Below the pieces are notes generated by a model that saw nothing but the letters and a program-made list of their open reading frames with translations, had not been told where the DNA came from and did not search any database. The translations under genes were made by a program, and so were the position numbers. Of a stretch of 64,000 nucleotides of DNA, positions 37,800 through 50,899 are shown in pieces (positions within the stretch are counted from its first letter, which is position 1; each line of letters opens with the position of its first letter). The DNA is taken from contig JAAOMT010000200.1 in NCBI GenBank assembly GCA_016748015.1, forward strand, positions 742,984-806,983, given 5' to 3'. The DNA is from Geosiphon pyriformis uo1 (Eukaryota > Fungi > Glomeromycota).

Positions 37800-40700
37800 A
37801 TTTTAATTTTAATATAATTAATTTATATATAATAAGTAATTAATAAAATAATATTTATTTTATTTTATTTTACAAATAAGATTTAATTAATAATATTTTT
37901 AATATTAAATAATACAATTATTTATTAAAAACTACTTTTTTATATAAAAAACTATTAGCATTAATTTTTCAAATATTAAATTTTTTATTAATAATATAAT
38001 AAAATTTATTAAATTTAAACAATTTTTATATGTTTATTACATATTTTAAATTGGTTTTTAAAATTTGTAATTAATTATTATTATTATTATTTTTGAAAAT
38101 AAATAAAATTTATTAATTAAAAAAATTTATTAAGTTTATTAAAATATTTTAGATAATTAAACATTTGTATATTACTTATATTATATTATTTACCAATATT
38201 TTAATTATAAAAAATATAGTTTTATCTGTTTTATTTCCAATTTTATATAATAAAAAATATTATAGTATTTTATGTTTTTATTGTAAAAAAATTGAGTTTT
38301 TCAATTATTTTTTTTATGTAAAATAAATTTTAATATTGATAAAAATTATTAGAATCATATATTATTCTGTAAAAATTTATATTAGATCTGTATTTATTAT
38401 TATTTTGTATTTTATAGCTGTTTTATTTATATATATTTGATAATATATTATATATTGTTTTATATAAAAGTTTTGTTTTTAAAAAATAGTATCTAAAAGT
38501 TCTGTCTGTTTTTGGTAATAATAAGATTATTGTTGATAAAATCATAAATTTTTTATATAATTTAAGAATAATTTATCATAATAAAATATAATTGGTTTGA
38601 TTTAAGTTTAAGATAATTTTGAAAAAAAATAATTTAATATCTTGTAATAATTTAATATTTTTTGTTGTTTATAATTTATTATTACTGTTTTTTTAATAAT
38701 ATTATAAAATTACTAAGGTATTTGATATTTGTTTTTGTTTAGCTTAAATAATTAATTATATATAGAAAATATGTAATTGTGTCTAGTTTAGATTATTTAG
38801 TTTGATGTATTATGTTAGATAATATTTATATTTTATTGAAAAATTAATAAAAATAAATAAATAATTAAAAAACTAAATAAATTTTTTGTTTAATTTAATA
38901 TAATTTTTGCTTTATAAAATTATATATTTTTAACATATTTTAAAAAATTAATTATAATTTTTTATTTTTTTCAAAATTTTTTGGTTAATAAATTTATTAT
39001 ATAAATCAAAGTTTTTATTAATATATTTTTTAATATTAAAAGTATTTTATTTTTATTATAAACAATTAAAATATAATTAATAAAATCTTAAATAAAAGTT
39101 TTTTAACTGCTTAAATTAAAGTTATTAATTTAATATTAACAATAAATAAATATATATTTTTGTTGTCTTATTATTTAAAAAATATTTAATTGTTTTTAAT
39201 AATTTATTAAATTTTACTTTGTTTATTAATTTATTAAATGTATTTTTATGAATATATTAAAATAGTTTTTATTAATAAGTCTAATTTAATAACAAAATTT
39301 CAAATTTGCTTTTTTGTTTAATTTAACTTATTATAATTTTGTTAATTTTATTTATAATTTTTTTAAAACTTATTATTAATTTTTTATTATAAATTAATAA
39401 CTTAGAATAATTTTTTAAAATTTTTTTTTTATTTGTAATAAATAGTTTTATTTTTTTGTTAAATACTGTATTTTGTATTAAATTAGTTTTTCTAAATTTT
39501 TTTATTTTAAATTTTTTAATTTAAATATTAAAACATAAAAACTTATAGTTTTTAATTTTATATTTAATTCTTAATATTATAATTTTTTAAAATTTTTTTA
39601 ACTAATAATATTATTTAATTTATTAAAATTATTTATTTATTATTTAAATTATTGAGTTTTCTAATTTAATTAAATACTAAATTATGTAATTTAGTTTATA
39701 TATATTTCTATTTTATTTTAATAAATAAAAGTTAATCACTATTTATTATAATTTAATAATAAATATTTTAAAATAAATATATTTTTGCAATAATTAAAAA
39801 TTATCAGTTATTTAAGCCAATTAAAGTTATATTAAATATTTATAATTATAAAAACATTAATATTAATATTTTGGACTTCACTCGTAAAATATTAATAAAA
39901 AAAAAATAAATATATAAAAAAATAAATAACAAATCTTTTTAGATTTATGCAAAAATTTTTAAATTATTAAATAAATTAATATTATTAAATAACAAATTGT
40001 GTAATTTTAATTTTAATTTAAGCTTAATATATAATAATTATATACTTTTATAATTAGCAACAACCAAATTTTTAACAAATTTAATATTTTTAATATAAAT
40101 ATATTTAATATTACCAAAAAATTTCAAAGTCTTTTTATATCAATCTTTAAACACAAATTTTTTGTAAAAATTATATAAGCCAATTATTATTAACATAACT
40201 ATATAAAAACTTAAATATTATAAATAAGCCAATTAAAATAATTAAATAGAACAGATTAGAAATTTTTATACAAAAAAAACATAATTAAAGAATTTACTTT
40301 GTTATAATACATATATTTAATATTCAAATATAAGAAATTATATGGTTTTTTTGAATAATAATAAATTGTCTTTTATAAATTTGTAATTTTTTTTTATAAA
40401 AATCTTATTTTTATATTATAATTTATTAAACTATTTTTTTAATTTAATATTAAAAATATTTTATAATTAATATTAAAAAATTTTATTATAAAAAAATTTT
40501 TAATATTTTTTAATTTATAATTTTATTAAACTTTTAATAATCTAAAAATTTTTAAATTATAAATTTTAGTTGTATACTTGTAGGTATAAATTTTATTTTG
40601 TAAAGTTTTGATTAAAATTTTTTTTTGAAGATTATTTAATAATTTAATTATTTTATGTTTAATATATATATTTTTTTAAGATTATTATAAATATTGAATT

Positions 40701-41580
40701 TAATATTTTATCTTAATAAAAAATAAAATAAAATATTTTATTAATAAATAGATTAAAAATTATTAGTTTAAAGTATTAATAAATAAATATTAATTGTATT
40801 AAAAATTTGGCAAATTATTTATTTATAAAAAATAATTTTATTTATTAATTAATAAAAAAAAATTACAAAATTTTAAAAATAAATAATTTTTAATTAAGTT
40901 TTGTTTGTTTTTTTGTTAGTTATAACTACTTATATATATTTTTAATAATATAAATGTTTTTGTAAAAATATTTTTTTAACAATTATATTAATCATTTTGT
41001 GTTATTTTATGTTATTTTAAGTTATATTATATTATAATTAATTGTTTTATAATATTTTTAATTATTGTATGCTATTTTGTATTATTTATATTATAATTAA
41101 TTATTTTAATGTTTTGATTATTTTATTGTATTAATATATAAGTAATTAATTAATGCTGTTTAATTATAATTTTTAATTTTAATAATAATAATAATATTAA
41201 TTTTAAACAAATTTTCTGTTTTATTATTAATATTAATAGTTAAAAGTTTTTTTGGTTTTAAGTTTTTAATATTACTGTTTTTTTATTACTAATTTATTTT
41301 TAAAGTATATTTTTTATATTATATATAAATTTGTTTATAAAATAAATTTTTTTAATGTATTTTTATTACAATAAAAATCATTCTATTGCAAATATTTGTT
41401 TTAAAAATGTTGATATTATGCAATTAATTGAAATAGTTTTTAAAATTAAACCTGTAAAATTTATTGAAATGTTCAAAAATATTTCCTTATACTAATATGC
41501 TGTATCAAACTTTTTGCATCAAACCATATTATAATTAAAGATACTAAATATATATATATATATTATACCAAAATTTATAT
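37800..41580. other. Extreme AT-rich region containing LINE relics
   Basis: Almost no G/C. LINE 3' end GGACTTCACTCGTAAAATATTAAT-A10 (+, 39871-39906); ORF2 C-terminal relic KFVFKD*YKKTLKFFGN (-, ~40111-40180) vs copy 1 KGFVIKDWYAKTVSVFE. Confidence 0.65.
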
Positions 41581-41634
41581 TAACATAAAAAAAGAGCAAT
41601 ATATGCAATATCCTCCTCATGCGGTTGATATTGA

Positions 41635-42172
41635 TCAGGATCCCGAATCCATCACGCGTATAATCCAATTAGATATGCAGCGAGCTCGGATGTTTTTCCT
41701 TAAATTCAAGTTTTCCTCGTGAGTTTTGTTTAAAACCATGAACAACATCTTTTTCAAACTCGAGTAGTCATTTTGTATACCGACCTTCTTGTCTTTATGG
41801 TATTTGATAATTGTCTTATAGAGGTATGAGCGGGAAAGGAAAGTCAGAACTAGGTCTGGTTTAGTCTCATTAAGAAAGATAGTATTTACAAGATGAACGG
41901 TGGCAGAAGTAACTTTAACAAAGGGAAAAGTAAATGTATCATCCTCCCGTATTTCGAGACCTATGCTCTGCGACTAAAGAGATGCCCAGTTGACCGATCT
42001 TTCTATCATAAATTTGGAGAAGTGCTTCTGCCTTATTCTTATTCCTAAAGTTCTGTTTCTGATTTTTCTGTTTGAACAGCTTTTCCTTGCTCACAAATAT
42101 CCTCTCATAATTATTGATAGCAAAATTACGAAGAAGGAATCTTGGTATGTAGTGATGATATTGATCTTCCAT
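41635..42172 (-). pseudogene. DUF4238-family pseudogene with large internal deletion and frameshift
   Basis: N-terminus QYHHYIPRFLLRNF (DUF4238 signature) joins out of frame at ~41965 to EDDTFTFPFVKVTSATVHLVNTIFLNETKPDLVLTF...GS*. Confidence 0.7.
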
Positions 42173-42836
42173 TATAGTTTAAGACTTAGAAGAGCACCAT
42201 AATTAGGGTTTATATAAGCGTAAATGAGGCACAGGTATGCAAGGTCATCTTCACATGTGCTTTCATATTTCTCATAAATATATCACTTTTTTGAGAAATT
42301 TCTCTACCTTAAAAGGTACTTTGCAAGATATAGATGTTATTCTGGTCACTCCTGATAATCGTTGCCGTTATTGCCGTTGTTGCTGTTATAGTCATTATAG
42401 CTATAAAATGCATCGTTATTTTATAAAAATCAGGTATGAAACTCTCACCTTTGATTTTATTTACAAAAAAATCTTATATAAAAGAATGTAATAAAAAATC
42501 ATTAAAAAATATATACTAATATTAATTAAACAATATTTCAGATCCAGAAAAAAATTATACATCTGCAAACTAAAATTTATTACTTTCAATAATTTTTGAT
42601 TATCAAGATCAAAGAATTCAAAAAAACATGAATTCACTCTAGAATAGGAATTTAGGGTATTCAAGTAGAAAATCTTGTTTAATTAATCAAAAAGTTTACC
42701 AAGCCAGACAGCTTTTTATTATTGAGTAGAAAATAAAAAATATTGATTTATACTTTGATTAGATTTCTTTTATTTTTAAAATATGGAGTATGGTCACCTC
42801 CAGAATAAATATTTATATAACAATTTATCAGCAGAA

Positions 42837-43599
42837 TTATGCCTGACCAAAGAGGAACTCATGCAATTTGCTAAACTTTTCTGCTATCTTCTTGATAAAA
42901 CTTTGAATGCTAGTAGTGAAATAAAAGAAAGTTAAATCCATTTGTAAGATTAAAGAAAAGTACAATTCAGACATGATCATTTACTTTGCAGAAATATCGT
43001 GAATTTTGTTTTGAATCCAAGTCCACAGGCTTTTAAAAAAATTAATAATATCATCGAATAGTTCGCTCAACCAGTTCATAAGTCGGCCGATCAAAGCTGT
43101 ACTCCAGGAAATAAAATCTTTGTACATTTTGATATTCTCACCATAGGCTTATGAATGTGGGAGTGGTCAGATGACAGGATTTAATAACTTATATAATTTC
43201 AGTGAAAATGGAAGTTACCTTCACGCTTTCTTTCATATTCCTCCTCTGTTTCATTGGGGGTTTTCACTGGCTTTGTGGGCTTTTTGCTAATGACATATTC
43301 CTCTATTTTTTTAGATTTTTCAAGGAACAAAGTGTTAAGAGCTTCGAAACGCTTATGTACAAATTCCTCCATCTCATCCGCATTCATATTTTCCACTTCT
43401 TCCTGAACTTTTTTCGCCTGAAATGTAACATCCATAAAGAGAAGAATAACCTAGATTAAATGGACAAGTTTAATGCAAAAAAAGATATTCCTACTATAAG
43501 TACCTTCTCGTCGAACTCACTCTTGGCATCATTTTGCAAAACGAGCACCAGTTTTTGAACACCTTGGCGAGCACCTATGAGTGTCATGGTATTAGACAT
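42837..43599 (-). CDS. Hypothetical helical protein, 4 exons, ~186 aa
   Basis: ATG 43599; GT-AG introns 43503-43451, 43218-43148, ~42983-42910; open spliced frame MSNTMTLIG...EEYERKRE|AYGENIK...WTWIQNKIHDISA|NIQSFIKK...FGQA*. Confidence 0.8.
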
Positions 43600-43819
43600 T
43601 TTAAATTTTGGGAGTTTGGAATGAGCGATTAATGAAAATATTCTAATAAAATCTTTATCATTTTATGAAGTTCCCATCCTGCATTACCTAATTAACGACA
43701 TTTTTTTTGACAACACGACGTATCGGAGTTCAGATTTCTTCATAAAAACAGAAACTTGCGCAACAAATTTTTTTACGGATTAATCAATTAACTGAGCATG
43801 TGAAATTCCAAGAAAAATC

Positions 43820-44578
43820 TCATCCGAAATTCACATTGGTAGTATGTATATTCAAGTAATCCAGAATCGGAAGGACTTTTACCTTTAACTGAATGATATC
43901 CAGGCCCGTCATTCATTATGCTGTAGTACTCTGCAAATAAATGCGGATCTGTTTTGCTTCTATGTATGATACACAGCCATTCTTTGCTTAATAGCAGAAA
44001 TGTATTAAACTATTTAAAAATTAAGATTCCGGGATTGCATAAATGATCATTGATTATTGTTCTTCGGGTCCAGGTGAGCAACTCCTGAGCACGTTCCGGA
44101 TTTTTTTTCCATCGAAAACAATTGTCGAGGGATGTCCGTTTATCTGAGGCCTTTAGCATAATCGGGCGCAAACCGGATGCATATATTTGTGGATCATAAG
44201 AAATTCCAAGAGTTGTAACTTCAGCTGGCCTTATGCAGCGCATTACCATTACGTCTGCAAGAGCTTGTATGCTAGGGAGCTCGATGGTATCATAATTTTG
44301 GAGCCTTACACTAACAGCTTCTAAACTAAAATGATCAGGAAAGGGGACGCCATTTCCCGCAAGAAGCTTACAATCCGCATTTTGCTTCTTATTTTAAGCC
44401 AGAGTGATTGAAGAATCCATGTAGCATTGAATACTTCTTCAGAAGCTCCTTTTATATACAGTTCATGCCGAAGTCGTTTAAGACTTGAATCAATTGCAAC
44501 AAGGTCCTCTAGCGTCACAGACATACCCTCAAGCAAACTCGTATGACATGCTTCACAAGCTGGGTCGGCAGATTCCAT
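43820..44578 (-). pseudogene. Frameshifted tyrosine-recombinase/protelomerase-fold-like pseudogene
   Basis: Frame-corrected reading: LKRLRHEL..GASEEV..FPDHFSLEAVSVRLQNYD..QALADVMVMRCIRPAEVTTL..DYAK..DIPRQLFSMEKNPERAQELLTW..NPG..*FNTFL..VLQH. R-x2-E and YAK motifs; family assignment from recollection. Confidence 0.5.
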
Positions 44579-46842
44579 AATTTCTCAAGCTTTGGCCCTC
44601 AAAGTAGTCAGCTTGGCCTGTTTTCTCTGATCTGACAGGAGCGCAGGTATTTGTTTTGGGCTGAATTTGAGTTTCCAAAGACAGGCTCTTGCGTTTTTAT
44701 CAATGTTCCAGCCAGAAATATTAAGTAGCTAGTTAGAAGTAATTATGATTATGTATCTATTAGATTATTTCAAAATTATAAAAGTTATTTTGGAAAAACT
44801 GAAATTTTCAGCCAAATTTATTTGACAGTTTTTCAATTTTACCTTAATACTATTAAAGTTAGGCAAATTTTAATAAAATAAACAATTACAATAATTAATT
44901 CAATGATAATTAATTATAACCAGTTATATTTTTAGTTTAATAGTTATAATTGTTAGTTAAATATCTGTTGAGAAGGTTCTTATTACTTTTTAGTTTTTTC
45001 AAGATTATTTTCAAAAAGATATGAAATATCAAATATTGAAGACATTATAAAAAAATAATAAATTTTAAAAAATATATTTTTTTTATTTAATAATAAAATA
45101 TAACATTATTTAATAAAAATCATTTAAATAATAATAATAATAATAATAATAATACGAATAATAAGAATAATAATTATAATCAATGATATAAAAATTTTTG
45201 TATTATATGATTATCACCCAATGTTGGAAACGAAATCATTTCGTCATATATTTGCTTGAATTGACTTCAAAATCTCATATTCTTTTGCTGAAAATTTTTT
45301 TAGCAAAAAATATAAACTCACAACCATTTTCTTACATTCAAAAAATATCCCAGTATTATCAGAATTTAAAATTTTTGCCGCTGTAACGCCAAATAAGTGA
45401 TTGAGAAATGAGCAAAAGATTTGAGCTATAATAAAGTTTAATAAACAATAATACTTTGTAACACCATTGCGCTTTGAATTTCAATACCAACCTTATTAAG
45501 TGGTGCCACTATTCCTTCTATCATGGATAACAAAAGGATCACTTGATTACGAAAATAATCGTTGGGGTAAATGAGATTGGGGGTGATTGAATTTAAAATC
45601 TATTTCATCGGATTTTTCAATTATAAATTGTGATCAAAACTATTCGATTAACAACGTGTGAGCTTCGTAAATGGAAATATTAATTTCTGATCATAATTTT
45701 TTAACGAAAGAAACAAGTAATCATTTCTTGATTTAAGATTTGGTTTCACTTCAAAATTCTATGAATAAAAGATAATTTTATGACCGTGCGCTGTCACGAA
45801 AGTAAAATTTTCAATGAAAATTAGCCGTGCATAAGATTTAAGGTTGTGTTGGATGAAAAGGTGAATAAAGCCAGTTTATTGCATTTCAGGAGTTATCAAA
45901 CAAGGGGTGTATTCTTTGGAGGTATACCGAAAAGAGAGTTTCCAAAGCGGTTATGGCTAATGATAGTAATTGACTCCCGACCAATTTTACGATTACCTAT
46001 GTCAAGCATCACCAAAGTTACTAACTATTCATGTCCCATTTAAGTGGTAATCTACCAAAACCTTTGTTACCTCTTTTAAGAAAAGAACATCCATAATTTT
46101 AAAATTAGAAACGAGTTTCAATTAAATGGTTAAAAATTTCCTCGAGATTAAGTTTTCATAAATGTGAAATGACGCACTCAAAAACTAAATGAATTTTTGA
46201 TAATCCTACTCATTGATTTTAGGAATAGTGTCTTACTATTATCGCAGGCAGTAAAAAAAACGAAACAAAAGAAATTAGTTAAACAATGTGATTCAGTGTG
46301 CAATAGTTGTAACCGACACCTGTTTAAACAATTATACCAATTTGGCCCATGTAACAGGTTGTTTTGAAACGATTTTATCTAAATGTTACTAGCAACAAAG
46401 AAAAAAAAAAGGTAAACAGTGAATGTTCTAATATTATAAAAAATCTATTGGTCAGTCTTCCCTAATTTATTGTTACACATAAATCTAAACCCGATTAAAA
46501 CAAGTTGAATAGCGAAAGACAATAATTGGCGTAAAAATGTTTATGTATGTATGTATGTTGCTTAGTTTAATTCCTTACGACCGAGCTTTTCGCACCAATT
46601 GTCGATGTTCCGCCCATCCATCAAAAAAACGCGTGTATCAAAATAGATTATCAGTGACACTTTATTGCTGATATCAATTAATGATTTAAAAACGGTATCA
46701 TCCCCTCCAAACCCTTTTTAATTGTGTGCAAAAAAAAAAAAAGATATTACATCTTCCACCTTGCCCTCTTGAAAACCGAAACGTTTTTGTACAAAATAGC
46801 CTTTGTAGATAATTTTTAACGACTATACATTAAAATTTCAAA

Positions 46843-47835
46843 ATGGCAATTGTTCCTACTATCATCAAAATTTCTAACGTTTTAGCGTACGTTTTCCTGC
46901 TCTCTGCTAACATCTACTCGGTTGCTGGTCCTGTAAAGGTAAAAATTTAAAACCTTTGAAAGGCTCCATTAAAAAAAAATGATTTCTTGCTAAATAATGA
47001 TACTGTAAATGTTTTGTTGGTCATTTTTCTAAAGCCTTTATATTGTTTAAAATGGTTTAACAACTGAAATATATTTTCTTCCTTTGATTAAAATTAAAAG
47101 TCACTTTCTTTTCAACCTATTCTTTCCCTTTGAATTTAACAGGAAGATTCTCCATGGACAGATAATCATAAAACATTCATTACCCCGGCGCCATTTGCCT
47201 TCTGGATTTGGGGATTAATTCACACCCTCTTCTTTGGTTTCATTATCTATCAATGGTTTAGCAGTGCTAGTGAAACAGTTGTCGATGGTGTTGGCTGGCA
47301 CTTTGTTGGGATCTCGGTGTTGAACACAATCTGGGTCCTTTTATGGCAGAATGACCATCTCATTTGGTCATGGATTGTAATACTCATCACTGCCTCCCAA
47401 GTCTCGTTTGTTTATTACAGCATTAAGAACAAATATCCTTCAACAGGGTTCGCTGATGCCCTCTGGATTCACGCTCCAATATCTTTATACCACGCCTGGA
47501 TCTTGGTTATCGTTGTCATTAACACTTTCGCTGCCTTCACTGCCGAAGCCGGTGAAAATGAAAAACCAACCCTCATCACGAATATCTTGGTCTTCTTGGG
47601 CTTGTTATTCTTGGAATCCACCGCAGTTGGATACATTGAATTGGGTAAAGGAGACGCTGCTGGTGCTCTCGTCATCGCCTGGACCTTGTTCGCAATCTTT
47701 GCGGAACAAAAGTCTAAATTCATCCACTGGTCTGCCCTCGTCTTCGCCGTCCTCACCCTTTTCCATTCAGTCAAACCACTTGTCAAGAAATACTTCTTTA
47801 ACTCACACGCTGAAAATGCACCATTGTTGGGATAA
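46843..47835 (+). CDS. Multi-pass membrane protein, TspO/MBR-related / DUF1774-like, 2 exons, ~262 aa
   Basis: Exons 46843-46938 and 47143-47835 (GT-AG intron); FITPAPFAFWIWGLI, LNTIW..LW, APISLYHAW, VIAWTLFAI; about 7-8 hydrophobic helices. Confidence 0.8.
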
Positions 47836-48232
47836 ATCTTTATAATTAAGGGCGAATTACTTCTTTTCTTTCAGATATCATTTTTTATTTTATTTTACTT
47901 CAACTCTTTCTTGAGTCATATATAACAATAGTTCAGTTATTGTTTAAAAATGTTTATTTGGACACAAACGCAATATATCAAAAATGATTATGTTAATAGT
48001 ATCGGTTTCTAATTTAGAATATTTTATATTTTAAAATAGGAAAACGTTTTTACTGTTGTAATAAACCAAAGTATCTGTACTCTTTCCCGCTCAAACAATT
48101 TCTTACTAGTATCAGTTGAATTCGACGGTGAATATCTTGATATAATTTAAGTCAAAAAACCTTAATCAATCTCTAACCCACTTGAATTAAAGGATTGGGC
48201 GCGACATGAGCTTAAATTCCTATTTGTAATCG

Positions 48233-48252
48233 TGTGTGTGTGTGTGTGTGTG
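48233..48252. repeat. (GT)n microsatellite
   Basis: About 10 GT units. Confidence 0.9.
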
Positions 48253-50899
48253 AATTCTATTCGATTAGTTTGGGGAAAAATAAGTAAAAGTTAAGAATAT
48301 GGTCGAGTACCAAGTTGCTAAGGCTCGTATCCAACAAGGTACTCATTCCGAAGCACATGTACGATGGCGTTCCAAACATGTATGCAATGAAAACCCGATC
48401 ACCAAATCTAGATGGAATGTTTATAAAGAAGCTGTGAATTTAATATCCTTCATGAGAATGAAAGTCCTATGATGGTTTGCTTTAATAAATTTACAAAACA
48501 AAAAACTCGAATTAAGGAAATAATTTTAACCTTTCAAGCATTTCGAGTTTGGGAAAAATACATATTGACACCAACCATATAAGAAGAGACAAAAATTTTT
48601 TGAAGAATATTTTTTAGTTCCCACTGGTTGAATCAATAAGGGTGTGTAAAAAAATCGAGAAAATTTTATTTTATTTGTTTTGAACTTTATTTTTAATAAA
48701 GTACAGTGACAATAACAAAAAAAAAAAGAAAAAAGATAGGAGATAATTGACGACGACGAATTTAATGTTATTCAACAAAAAACGTCATTTAGAAAAAGAA
48801 ACTTTACCATTCTGATCTTTTAATCAGTTTATTTTGATGTCATTCGTTGAAAGCCTCAAAATATTAAAAAGGTTGAATGGAAAATTATTTTATGGGTAAA
48901 ATATTTGATCAGAAATTTAATGTAAAAAAAAAATCAAGTTTTTCTGATTTGGGTTAAATCTTTTATGATAACTTATTGATTTAATCAAAAATAAAAAAAA
49001 TTGTACAAAAAATTTATGACAATAATAATAATAATAATGTTTTATTTGTCAAAAAAAAAAAAAAAAATTTATAAAAATGATGATGATGATGATGATTCAT
49101 TTTTTAAATTATATATGTATATATGTTTTTTAATTTTTTATAATTTTTATAAATTATATATTATTTTAATAAAATGTTAAAAAAAAAAATTTTTATTATT
49201 TTTAAATTTTAGTAATTGATCAAGTGTGGAAAAATAAAAAGCATAAGATGCGTTTTTAATATATTAAACATCATGTTAAATGTTGAATATTATTTAAATA
49301 GCAATAGGATCATAAACTGTATGTTTTAAAAAATAAATTGGCTTAAAAAAAAATAATAATAATAATAATTGGGGTCCTTTTAATAATAAAATTTAAGCTA
49401 TGCTCAATGCAATAAAAAAGTATCAGCGCAGCAGCAGCAAAATAACAATGAATTTGACTTTTACAGGAATTAATTATCTCTAATCTATAATTTTCATTTC
49501 TGTTTTTGTAACCAATTAAGAATAATGAAAAAAATTATTCAATTAATGAAACTTAAATACTTTTAAATGAAATTTGAAAATCGATTATCTCTTCTTTTCA
49601 TCAACTTATATTGCTTTTTCATCAACTTATATTGTTAAAACCAATAAAATCTTGATTACAACTTTGTTATAAATCTAATTTGGCAAAAAAGTCTGAATTC
49701 AACTTTTTTGAAAAATGATATACCCCCTTAACTGTACAAGATTAAAAAAAGGTTCAAATAAGTAAAGTCTGAGAAAAAAATATTCGCGCTTTGACCCCTT
49801 ATTAAAATCTTTGGGTAAATAAAGATCATTGTAACTCACTATTCTTTAGCTGTGTGTGAATTACTTAAATATTGAAACCGGAAAAGCTGGGAAGTGAAAA
49901 CTAGCATAGATGATGCAGGAATTGACAGTTTGTCAAAATTGCATTCTTACGCATTAATTCGCTCCTCTTCTTATTTCCTACGTAGGGACCAATAAAGACC
50001 AAATCTTTTAAGAATTCAAATGTATAGTCTTTAAACCGGAAAAAAACCGGATTTTAATATTTTACATAAGCAGCTGTTTCGAAAGATGATTAAGTTGACG
50101 TGATAAATGTTTATTTTTGAATTTGTATTACTTAAAGTAACCAATGTATTTCTAATTTAAAAGAGATTCTGAAAACTTTTAAAAACTAATGAAAGATATC
50201 TCATAGAACAACTTCGTAAATTTGGAAAAGCTTTTGCACATTCTTTTTTCTCTACCACTTTAAAATCAATTTTTGTTCAATTAATATTTTACCATGAAAA
50301 TTTATTCGTTAATTCAACAAAAAATTGTACTTTTTTTTTTTTTTTTTCTTCTATCAACTTATCCTTTTAAAAATTAAATCTTGGAGAAAAAAGTTTTTCA
50401 TTTTCTAATATTTTTAAACAAAAAAAAGCCAATAAGAATGTATTGACTTGTACCTTTCTTTCTTTTAAAACTTTCTTTTATATCTATATTCATACTCTTT
50501 CTGGCTTTAAGGATTACCGAAGCTTTATCGTTTTTCAAAAGGGTTTCTTTTAAAATAAACGTATTAATGACTCTATAGAAAGCGATGGATACGAACGTCA
50601 CTTGGATTGATAACAATAAAAACTCAATATCAATGACATTAAGAGTACCATTTTATTTGGCTACAAATGGTATATAAAAAAAATTCTTTAAAAGCTTTTT
50701 AATATATATATATATTTTGTAAAATGATCAAAAAAACTTTTTTGAATAAATTATTGCAGATTTATTGATATATATATATTGTGATATTAATAAATGATAC
50801 GGTGTGGTTATGAATTTTCTTAGATTTTACTATCATTTCTAGAAATCTTTTTCTTTTTCTTTTTTTCTTTTTTATTTTTAAATTCATGTTTCTATCATA

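Noticed and set aside
47408-47845. Overlapping and antisense ORFs over the membrane-protein gene
   Set aside because: By-products of biased codon usage; no motifs.
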